From NCBI GenBank assembly GCA_045598325.1, contig JAZLLT010000050.1, positions 493 to 64,492 on the forward strand: a stretch of DNA of 64,000 nucleotides, given 5' to 3'. A model generated the notes under the pieces. It was not told the origin of the DNA, did no database searches, and worked only from the letters and a program-made list of their open reading frames with translations. The position numbers and the translations under genes are program-made. Source of the stretch: Clostridia bacterium. Lineage in GTDB: Bacteria > Bacillota > Clostridia > Christensenellales > Aristaeellaceae. Positions 35,545-43,073 of the stretch are shown here, one piece after another (position 1 is the stretch's first letter; each line of letters opens with the position of its first letter).

Positions 35545-36597
35545 ATGAAGAAGACGGAACGAAACCTGCTTTCCACCGAAGAACTCGGATTTTTCTGCGG
35601 ACAGTTGGCGCTGATGCTGCAGGGCGGCATCCCCATCTACGAGGGCATCGAGGCGCTCAACGAAAACTACAAGACCACCCGTTACGCCTCGGCGTTTTCC
35701 ACCGTATATGAGGAAACGCAGGTGGGTCACTCCCTCTCAGGAGCTATGGAGATGAGCGGACTCTTCCCCGACTATGCCGTGCGCATGGTGCAGGTGGGCG
35801 AGGAAACGGGCAAATTGGAAAGTGTGCTCACTTCCCTTTCCCGCCACTATGAGCGCGAGAGTTCCATCAAGACTGCGGTCAGAAACGCCGTGCGCTACCC
35901 CATCGTGCTCATGTGCATCATGACCGCCGTGGTCTTTGTGCTCAATCTCAAAGTGCTGCCCCTGCTCAAGAGGGTGCTGGCATCTCTTGGTTCCGAGTCC
36001 TCCACCGTCTCCTCCGTCACGATGAAGACCGGTATCGTGCTCGGCATCGTCGTCATGGTGCTGACGCTCCTACTGCTCATTTCCACCGTCATCATCTCCG
36101 CTCTCATCCGTTCGGGGAAGGGCGACGGGCTGATGGATAAACTGAGCCGCGTCGTTCCCGGCATCGGCTCCCTGCGCGCGAAGATCTCCGCGGAGCGTTT
36201 CCTGTCCGTGATGTCCATTTCCCTCTCCGCCGGCTGTCAGACCGAGGAGACCATGGAACGGTGCGCCGCCATGGTGAACGATTCCGCCTCCTCCAGAAAA
36301 GTCAATCTGATTCTCGAAAAAGTGACCGGCGGCATGCCGATGGGCGACGCGGTCATGCAGAGCGATTTCATCGAGCCCCTCAAAGCGCGCATGATCCGCG
36401 TGGGTTTCCTGACGGGACATTCCGAAGAGGTGACCGCCCATGTGGCGGAACTGTACGCCAAGGAAGCGGACGAAGATTTGGAACGCACGCTCGGGCTGCT
36501 GGAGCCCATTCTGGTCTCCGTGCTTGCCGCCGTCATCGGCTGCATCCTGCTGTCCGTCATCGTGCCCCTGGCGGGTGTCATGAGTTTCTTCATCTGA
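35545..36597 (+). CDS. type II secretion / type IV pilus platform protein (GspF/PilC/ComGB family)
   Basis: 350 aa with two T2SS-F-like repeats (FCGQLALMLQGGIPIYEGI... and FLSVMSISLSAGCQTEE...) plus TM segments. AAGGAG RBS. Confidence 0.85.
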   Translation: MKKTERNLLSTEELGFFCGQLALMLQGGIPIYEGIEALNENYKTTRYASAFSTVYEETQVGHSLSGAMEMSGLFPDYAVRMVQVGEETGKLESVLTSLSRHYERESSIKTAVRNAVRYPIVLMCIMTAVVFVLNLKVLPLLKRVLASLGSESSTVSSVTMKTGIVLGIVVMVLTLLLLISTVIISALIRSGKGDGLMDKLSRVVPGIGSLRAKISAERFLSVMSISLSAGCQTEETMERCAAMVNDSASSRKVNLILEKVTGGMPMGDAVMQSDFIEPLKARMIRVGFLTGHSEEVTAHVAELYAKEADEDLERTLGLLEPILVSVLAAVIGCILLSVIVPLAGVMSFFI

Positions 36598-36607
36598 GGA
36601 GGGCAAC

Positions 36608-36916
36608 ATGAAGAGAAAGCGCATCTCCTCCGGCGGTCTTGCCCTCACGGTCATCCTGTTCGTATTGCTGCTTACGGTCAGTTATCTCGTCATCGACCGG
36701 GCGGAAGACCGCATCATCCTTCGGCAGGCGGAGCAGCTCGAGCAGTCCATCCGTTCCGCGGCGGTGAACGCCTACGCGGTCACGGGCTGCTATCCGACCA
36801 TTGAGGAAATCCAGCAGGATTACGGGGTCATCATTGACCGCGAATCGTTTACGGTGAACTATTCCGCCTTTGCATCCAATGTGATGCCCTACATCAGCGT
36901 CAGCGTAAGGAAGTGA
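36608..36916 (+). CDS. small N-terminally anchored protein, pilin-like topology, no canonical prepilin motif
   Basis: 102 aa. MKRKRISSGGLALTVILFVLLLTVSYLV.... GGAGGG RBS. Confidence 0.7.
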   Translation: MKRKRISSGGLALTVILFVLLLTVSYLVIDRAEDRIILRQAEQLEQSIRSAAVNAYAVTGCYPTIEEIQQDYGVIIDRESFTVNYSAFASNVMPYISVSVRK

Positions 36917-36920
36917 TATC

Positions 36921-37385
36921 ATGCGGCACGGTGCCGGAAAACTGATGAGCCTCATCCTCGTGCTCCTCACCCTGATGGGCGCCATGCTGCTGGTGACTCT
37001 GGGCGCGAGCGCTTACAGCAACATCCGCAAAAACACGGATGCCTCCGACGGCAAGCGGATGTCATTGGGCTATGTGGCAAATAAGATTGCGTCCTGTGAT
37101 ACGGCGGGCTGCGTCCGCGCGGAAGAACGCTTCGGGCTCCCCACAATCGTCCTCATCGAAGAAGGTCTGGAGGAATGCGAGACGCTCATCTACTTCTATG
37201 AAGGGCAACTGATGGAGCAGTTCAAACTGACCGAGAGCGAGATCGAGCCGCAGTACGGTACAGTGCTCGCCAATCTTGCCGCGTTCGATTTCGACTGTTC
37301 CCCGAACCGCATCGTGCTGACCGCCACGGAAAGCGGCGGCGCGGTGTCTCAAATGACCGTGGCTCTCATGGCGAAGGGAGAATGA
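36921..37385 (+). CDS. small N-terminally anchored protein (recalled as DUF4860-like), pilin-like topology
   Basis: 154 aa. MRHGAGKLMSLILVLLTLMGAMLLV..., then ...SLGYVANKIASCD...TLIYFYEGQLMEQF. It starts 4 nt after the previous stop. Confidence 0.7.
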   Translation: MRHGAGKLMSLILVLLTLMGAMLLVTLGASAYSNIRKNTDASDGKRMSLGYVANKIASCDTAGCVRAEERFGLPTIVLIEEGLEECETLIYFYEGQLMEQFKLTESEIEPQYGTVLANLAAFDFDCSPNRIVLTATESGGAVSQMTVALMAKGE

Positions 37386-37386
37386 T

Positions 37387-37785
37387 ATGAAGCATTATGT
37401 AAGGTCTTCCCCCATGCTCGCCGAGGTGCTTGTTTCGCTGCTCTTCCTTGCGCTTTGCGTATCCGCCATCGTGGGGGTGTTCGCCGGCGCCTACACCATC
37501 AATCGAAGTGCCACGGACAAGCAGGATGCCCTGTTTTTCGCCCGTGATACGGCGGACAGGTTTACGGTATGTAACCTTCATTCGGATGATTTTCTGTCAG
37601 ATAATGGATTTTCTGCATCAAATAGCGGCAATTACACCCTCATAAGCGGAAATATTACATTTGTTGCGGAAATTTCTTCTGAAAAACCACTTGACGGATT
37701 TACATTTACGGCGTATGATGGAGAAGATGTTTTGTTCTCCTTCCCCGTGGTGAAAATCACCGGTGAGGAGGTGCAGGCGGAATGA
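37387..37785 (+). CDS. small pilin-like protein with degenerate prepilin-like N-terminus (SSPMLAEVLVSLLFLAL)
   Basis: 132 aa. A Glu lies at the position equivalent to +5 of GFTLIE-type pilins, but Ser rather than Gly lies at -1. It starts 1 nt after the previous stop. Confidence 0.7.
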   Translation: MKHYVRSSPMLAEVLVSLLFLALCVSAIVGVFAGAYTINRSATDKQDALFFARDTADRFTVCNLHSDDFLSDNGFSASNSGNYTLISGNITFVAEISSEKPLDGFTFTAYDGEDVLFSFPVVKITGEEVQAE

Positions 37786-38144
37786 AAAAACGGCAGGGTC
37801 CCGTTCATGCCCTACTGGGCTGTGTGAGCATCATTCTGATCCTCACGGTGCTCTCGCTGGTCGCGCTTTCGGTGCTGGCACTCACCCGTGCAAGCAACGA
37901 TGCCCGCATTGCCGATAAGAACGCGCAGTATACGCAGGCCGCGTATGAGGCGAGAGCTGATGCTGTGCGCTACATGGCAAAGGTCCGTGAATGCGGAAAT
38001 GCGGGCGAATATGAAAGCGACTTTCCGGTGCTCGATTCGTCGGTACTGCACCTTCGTTTCTCCCTTTCGGAAGACGGCAAAATATCCGTGCTGAATCATA
38101 CGATCCGTTCCGTTTCGCAGGATGGCGGGTTCGAGATTTTCTAG
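37782..38144 (+). CDS. small N-terminally anchored protein, pilin-like topology
   Basis: 120 aa. MKKRQGPVHALLGCVSIILILTVLSLVALSVLAL.... The start overlaps the previous stop (ATGA). Confidence 0.7.
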   Translation: MKKRQGPVHALLGCVSIILILTVLSLVALSVLALTRASNDARIADKNAQYTQAAYEARADAVRYMAKVRECGNAGEYESDFPVLDSSVLHLRFSLSEDGKISVLNHTIRSVSQDGGFEIF

Positions 38145-38163
38145 CACGAAAGGCGATGAATTT

Positions 38164-39237
38164 ATGGATCTGATCGAATTATTGGGCAAAGCCACAAAGG
38201 CAGGTGCCTCGGATATATTCCTGATCCCGGGCGCACCCGAAACCATCAAAGTAAGCGGAAACCTGAAACCCATTTCGGAAGGCAGACTGACCCCCATGGA
38301 CACCGAAGTGATCGTGCGCCGCATTTATGAAATGGCGTCCAGATCTCTGGAATTCCTGCGCGAAGGCGGCGACGATGACTTCTCCTTCAGCGTGCCGTCT
38401 CTCGGCCGTTTCCGTCTGAATGTCTACAAGCAGCGCAATTCCTATGCCGCGGTGCTCCGCTGCGTGTCCTACACGATCCCCAATCCCAAGGACATGAACA
38501 TCCCCGAGGAAGTGCTTTCCCTCTGTTCCATGCGAAACGGTCTCATCCTCGTGACCGGCGCGGCGGGCAGCGGCAAATCCACGACCCTCGCCTGCATGCT
38601 GGACAAGATCAACGCCGAGCGCACCGGGCACATCATCACCCTGGAAGATCCCATCGAGTTCCTGCACGGGCATAACCGCTGCCTCGTGTCGCAGAGAGAG
38701 GTTTCGCAGGATACGGCAAGTTTCGCCTCCGCCCTGCGCAGCGCCCTCCGTCAGAGCCCGAATGTGATACTGCTGGGCGAAATGCGCGACCTTGAAACCA
38801 TACAGACCGCGCTGACCGCCGTGGAAACGGGGCAGTTGCTCCTTTCCTCCCTGCACACCATCGGCGCCGCGCAGACCGTGGACCGCATCGTGGATGTGTT
38901 CCCGGCGGGACAGCAGGACCAGATCCGCCTGCAGCTGGCACTGGTGCTCAAAGCCGTCGTGTCCCAGCAGCTCATCCCCACCGTGGATGGCGGAGTAGTG
39001 CCCGCCTTTGAAATCATGAAATGCAATGTCGCCATTCAGAACATGATCCGCGACAATAAAACGCATCAGATGGAGAGCGTCATCAAACTTTCCGCCCGCG
39101 AGGGCATGCGTACCATGGATGACGACCTGCTCCGCCTTTGCAGCGAGGGCAGGATCACCGCAGACGCGGCGCTCATGTACTCCATCTATCCCGAACAACT
39201 TAAACGGAAACTGGACGAAAAGAGGTTACTGAAGTGA
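38164..39237 (+). CDS. PilT-type (retraction-ATPase-like) type IV pilus ATPase
   Basis: 357 aa with no PilB/GspE N-terminal extension. Walker A is GAAGSGKST and Walker B is ILLGEMRD. The His box is SSLHT, and the PilT-like motif AIQNMIRDNK is present. The ORF is trimmed to the ATG at 38164. Confidence 0.85.
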   Translation: MDLIELLGKATKAGASDIFLIPGAPETIKVSGNLKPISEGRLTPMDTEVIVRRIYEMASRSLEFLREGGDDDFSFSVPSLGRFRLNVYKQRNSYAAVLRCVSYTIPNPKDMNIPEEVLSLCSMRNGLILVTGAAGSGKSTTLACMLDKINAERTGHIITLEDPIEFLHGHNRCLVSQREVSQDTASFASALRSALRQSPNVILLGEMRDLETIQTALTAVETGQLLLSSLHTIGAAQTVDRIVDVFPAGQQDQIRLQLALVLKAVVSQQLIPTVDGGVVPAFEIMKCNVAIQNMIRDNKTHQMESVIKLSAREGMRTMDDDLLRLCSEGRITADAALMYSIYPEQLKRKLDEKRLLK

Positions 39238-40427
39238 TCGAGATCAATTTACTGGGCAGACTGGAATTTTTCGTAAACGGAAAAGACCTGTGTCCCCTGC
39301 TTTCTTCCATGCGCAAGGGCAAGCAGATGCTGCTTTACCTGATTCTGAGTTACGGAAAGCCCGTATCTTCCCAGGAATTGTATGACGCTCTCTGGCCCGG
39401 AGAAACCAGCGCCAACCCTGAAAGCGCGCTCAAGACCATGGTGAGCCGCCTGCGCTCTTCCCTGTCGGATTTCGATCCCGACCTGAGCAAAGCCATCAAA
39501 ACCGGTCACGGTACCTATTTCTGGAACACTGCCCTTGACATGCAACTTGACATCAAGGAGTTTGCCAAGGTGTGCGCGCAGTTGGATACCCTGTCCGAGG
39601 CGGGTGAAGAACTGGACAAGTGCGTCAGCGACCTGCTTTCCATCTATAACGGCGATCTGTACTTCGGCAAGGAGGAGTTCGGTTTCTTCCTTTCCTGCCG
39701 CGCAGAGTATCATGCCAGGTACATCAACGCTATCGAAAAGGCGGTCAAACTGTATAAATCCGCCGAGAAACTGGACGCGGTCATCCATCTGTGCCGCAGT
39801 GCCATCGACCTGGACGCCTTCGCGGAGAACCTGCACATCGAGCTCATGGACGCGCTGGTCAAGAGCGGACGCAGCAACGAGGCGCTCTCCCAGTACCGTC
39901 ACATGTCCAACCTGCACTACAGTTACATGGGCGTTTCCCCCACCCAGAGCATGCAGGACTTCTACGACAGCATCGCCCGCACCGCGGACACGCTGGATGT
40001 GGACGCCCAGCTCATCAAGCGTAACCTGACCGATGATGATGAGCGCAACGGCGCCTATGTGTGCGATTACGCCATCCTCAAGGATATCTACCAGATGCAG
40101 ATGCGGAACCTGCGCAGACTCGGCACTTCCATGTATCTGGCACTCATCATGCTGGCGCCCGCAGGACAGGTCAAGACCTCTCCCCTGGAGTTAGACAAAT
40201 GCATGCACCAACTGCTGTCTGTGATGACTCTGTGCCTGCGTAAAGGCGACACCATCGCCCGCTACAGCCCATCCCAGTTCGTGGTGCTGCTGCCCACCGT
40301 CAATTCCGTGACCGGGCGCGCCGTCATTAAGCGCATCCGCAGCGCCTATTACAGCCGTTATGTCAACCCCGAACTGGTGTTCTCCTACCAGTTGGTTCCC
40401 TTGTCCACCAACGAGGACGACGATTAA
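39234..40427 (+). CDS. SARP-type regulator (OmpR-like wHTH + BTAD) fused to a degenerate GGDEF-like domain
   Basis: The N-terminus LLGRLEFFVNGKDL...LYLILSYGKPVSSQELYDALWP...VSRLRSSL is followed by TPR-like BTAD helices. In the C-terminus, RKGDTIARYSPSQFVVLLP sits where RYGGDEF is expected. The GTG start overlaps the ATPase stop (GTGA). Confidence 0.7.
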   Translation: MIEINLLGRLEFFVNGKDLCPLLSSMRKGKQMLLYLILSYGKPVSSQELYDALWPGETSANPESALKTMVSRLRSSLSDFDPDLSKAIKTGHGTYFWNTALDMQLDIKEFAKVCAQLDTLSEAGEELDKCVSDLLSIYNGDLYFGKEEFGFFLSCRAEYHARYINAIEKAVKLYKSAEKLDAVIHLCRSAIDLDAFAENLHIELMDALVKSGRSNEALSQYRHMSNLHYSYMGVSPTQSMQDFYDSIARTADTLDVDAQLIKRNLTDDDERNGAYVCDYAILKDIYQMQMRNLRRLGTSMYLALIMLAPAGQVKTSPLELDKCMHQLLSVMTLCLRKGDTIARYSPSQFVVLLPTVNSVTGRAVIKRIRSAYYSRYVNPELVFSYQLVPLSTNEDDD

Positions 40428-40437
40428 AGGATATGAA

Positions 40438-40474
40438 AAGCCTCTCCGTTTTATGCGGAGAGGCTTGTTTTTTA
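40438..40474. terminator. bidirectional intrinsic terminator
   Basis: AAGCCTCTCCG-ttttat-GCGGAGAGGCTT followed by GTTTTTT, between convergent genes. Confidence 0.7.
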
Positions 40475-41176
40475 CAAGATCGCCGTCAGCACCTGCATGA
40501 TGATGAAGGTAAGCACTGCGGCGACGGCGATGCCGATGAGCAGCGCGGTGTCGCTTTCCGCCTGTTCGGGGCGTTTCACGGAGTGCATCGCCTTTTTGCG
40601 GCGTTTGCCCGCTTTTTTCTTTTCGCAATCGGTCATGCCGAGGGCTTTCGGATTGAGTTCTTTGAGGACATATCCTCTGTCGCGCCTGCATCTTCTGCAT
40701 TCGCTTTCCGTCAAAAGGTTGATCCTGCCGCAGACACATCTCCAGAATTTATCCTGAGTCTGTGGATACATGATGGCGTCCTCGCCCGCGGTCTCGCGCA
40801 GAATCTGGGCGTCTTTTCCGGTCAAAACCGGCTGCTCGCCCACATCCACGAGCGCGCCGTCCTTCGGCGTCCACTTTTCCCCGTCCTCGAAATTCACGCC
40901 CGCAAAGTACAGTTCGATGCGGTCCGCGCCCGCGCAGGAGGAGGTCAGCATCAGTTCGAAATGGGTGCTTCCGGGTATGGCAATGCCGTCCACATCGATA
41001 TGGTCGGTTGCTCCGTCCTCGACGCTGTCCTTTGACCAGCGTACGGTGGCAGAGTAGCCGGTGATCGTGCGGTCCGTGATGTTGTACAGTTTCAGGTACG
41101 AGCGCGTGATGCCGTTATCGTCGGACAGCAGTTCGTAGCCGCGAAACTCGATGGGACTGGAAAGATCGATGATCAA
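40472..41176 (-). CDS. hypothetical tail-anchored membrane protein with zinc ribbon (CVCG...CRRC)
   Basis: 234 aa. The C-terminal TM is ALLIGIAVAAVLTFIIMQVLTAIL. Confidence 0.65.
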   Translation of the reverse strand: MIIDLSSPIEFRGYELLSDDNGITRSYLKLYNITDRTITGYSATVRWSKDSVEDGATDHIDVDGIAIPGSTHFELMLTSSCAGADRIELYFAGVNFEDGEKWTPKDGALVDVGEQPVLTGKDAQILRETAGEDAIMYPQTQDKFWRCVCGRINLLTESECRRCRRDRGYVLKELNPKALGMTDCEKKKAGKRRKKAMHSVKRPEQAESDTALLIGIAVAAVLTFIIMQVLTAIL

Positions 41177-41341
41177 GCATTTGTCCTCCGGAAATGGTTG
41201 CTCATATTGTAGCAGAAGATTGTTACGGTTTTATGAAGCGCTTGCACGATGTTGCCCGATTTATGAAATTTGCATTTCTGTCCTTGACAATATTCATTTT
41301 CTTTTGAATAAGGCATCCATCATCTTCTATGGAGGCATCCT

Positions 41342-41401
41342 ATGACCCGTATCATGCGAATGTCCATCATGAAAGCGAGAGCAATATCGTGGGTCCTGTG
41401 A
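41342..41401 (+). CDS. candidate leader micro-ORF, 19 codons, Met-rich (MTRIMRMSIMKARAISWVL)
   Basis: Hand-translated. GGAGG (41331..41335) lies 6 nt upstream of the ATG. AUG is at codons 1, 5, 7 and 10. It lies between a possible promoter (TTGACA 41284..41289) and a terminator. Confidence 0.35.
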   Translation: MTRIMRMSIMKARAISWVL

Positions 41402-41423
41402 TGCGCCGAAATCGTCTGTATTC

Positions 41424-41455
41424 GCCGCTCGCATTCCGCGGGCGGTCTTTTTTTA
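41424..41455 (+). terminator. intrinsic terminator in the leader immediately upstream of the metN-like start (attenuator candidate)
   Basis: Stem CCGCTCGC/GCGGGCGG (41425..41432 / 41438..41445, one G-U pair), followed by TCTTTTTTT. The metN RBS GGAGG is at 41458. Confidence 0.65.
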
Positions 41456-41470
41456 TGTGGAGGAAAACGC

Positions 41471-42528
41471 ATGTCTCTGTTCGGCAATCCGTCAAAAACT
41501 CCTGTTGAGCCTTACGCCGTACCCGAAGGCACTCCGCAGATCGAATTCCGCAATCTGCGCAAGGTCTATCAGGTGCCCGGCGGAGAGGTAGTGGCGCTTG
41601 ACGGCATCAACCTTAAAATTGAAAAAGGTCAGTTTACGGCATCATCGGCATGTCCGGCGCGGGCAAGGGCACGCTCATCCGCTTTGTGAATCGTCTGGCG
41701 ACCCCATCCGACGGCGAGATCCTCATCGGCGGCAGAAATGTGCTCGCCATGAACGGAAGCGAACCACTCCGTGCGCGGCGCAAGGTCTGCATGATTTTCC
41801 GGCAGTTCAATCTCCTCATGCAGAAAACCGTGGGCGCCAATGTGCACTATCTCATGGATATCGCCGGTGTCGACCGCAAAACCGCCAACGCGAGAGTCAG
41901 GGAACCGCTCCAAATCGTAGGACTCGAACACAAAATCGGCGCCTACCCCGCTCAACTTTCCGGTAGACAGAAACAGCGCGTCGCCATCGCACGCGCTCTG
42001 GCGAGCGCCCCGGAGATCCTCTTGAGCAACGAGGCTACCAGCGCGCTTGACCTCATGACGCCCCAGAGCATACTGCATCTTTTGCAGAACATCAACAAGC
42101 GCCTCGGCATCACCGTGGTCATCATCACCCACGAAATGGCCGTCATCCGCCAAATCTGCAACTGCGTCGCCATTGTCGACGGCGGCAGAAGCGTGGAGGA
42201 AGGCATGGTGAACGATGTGTTCGTCCACACGAAATCCGCCGCGTGACGCCGCCTGTTCGGCATCGTCGATGAGGAAACAACAGAGGACGAGCCGCCGCGC
42301 GTAATGCGCATCGTGTTTGACGGCGGCAAAGAACATGAGCCCGTCATCTCCATGCTCTCCCGCGAACTGAATGTGGATGTCAACATCCTCTCCGCGGACA
42401 TGAAGCGCATCGGCGGAAAAACCCACGGACAAATGATGATCGAAATGCCCGAAGACTCCGTGGAAGTCAAGTGTGTCGCGGACTTCCTTGAAAGCAAAGG
42501 GCTGACCGTGAAAGAGGTGGTAAATTGA
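41471..42528 (+). pseudogene. metN: methionine-type ABC transporter ATP-binding protein (MetN-like), disrupted by a frameshift and an in-frame stop
   Basis: The frame breaks in the T-run at 41633..41635: IEKGQ in one frame, YGIIGMSGAGKGTLIR in the next. An in-frame TGA lies at 42244..42246. The NIL-like C-terminal domain continues in the same frame at 42304..42528. Confidence 0.7.
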
Positions 42529-43019
42529 TCGACCGATCTCTCTTATGGACAGGCACATACGAAACCCTGCTCATGACGCTGTTCGCGTCCCTGTTCTCCT
42601 ATCTGATCGTTCTGCCGCCGGACCCGCGCCCTTCTGCTTCTGCAGGATGCCGGACTCATCGTCCTAACCGAAGGCGCCGACTACACCGGCATTCTGCGTA
42701 TGGAAGACATCGTGGACACAAGGGCATCAAGATCGTGGAACCGGACGCCCGGATGATCCCTTCCATACCGGATGATGTGGCGTTCGCCGTTATCAACGGC
42801 AACTATGTTCTGGACGCAGACATGAGTATCAGCGACGCGCTCTTCCTTGAAACCGAAGGCGTGACCGGAGCCATCTACACCGACTACATCGTATGCCGTC
42901 CCGAAGATGCAGACAGCGACTGGATGAACGCGCTCAATACCGTGCTGTTCACCGAGAAGGTCTACAACTTCATCTTGAACGCCAACTTTGAAGGCGTCGT
43001 CTCCACTTTCGAATACTGA
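42525..43019 (+). pseudogene. remnant fusing the 5' end of a MetI-like permease gene to the 3' part of a MetQ-like binding-protein gene (internal deletion plus frameshift)
   Basis: The first ~30 codons (MIDRSLLWTGTYETLLMTLFASLFSYLI) look like a permease N-terminus. From ~42624 another frame reads ALLLLQDAGLIVLTEGADYTG..EDIVDT. The ORF frame then reads KGIKIVEPDA...VINGNYVLDA...YTDYIVCRPED..., which is MetQ-like. Confidence 0.6.
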
Positions 43020-43026
43020 TTGACAG

Positions 43027-43064
43027 CAAAAAAATCCGTCCGCATAAGCGGGCGGATATTTTTC
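43027..43064. terminator. bidirectional intrinsic terminator
   Basis: A7-ATCCGTCCGC-ataa-GCGGGCGGAT-ATTTTT between convergent genes. Confidence 0.7.
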
Positions 43065-43073
43065 TATATTGGA

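Noticed and set aside
41151-41345. A 64-aa plus-strand ORF upstream of the metN-like gene
   Set aside because: It starts inside the 5' end of the opposite-strand gene and runs through the putative promoter. It has no SD and looks like non-coding sequence.
41284-41470. An S-box (SAM-I) riboswitch or Met T-box in the metN-like leader
   Set aside because: I could not find the conserved cores by eye (GAGGGA...GGCCC...GCAACC for SAM-I; AGGGUGGNACCGCG for the T-box). This needs cmscan to be certain. The region is therefore reported as a leader-peptide/terminator candidate instead.
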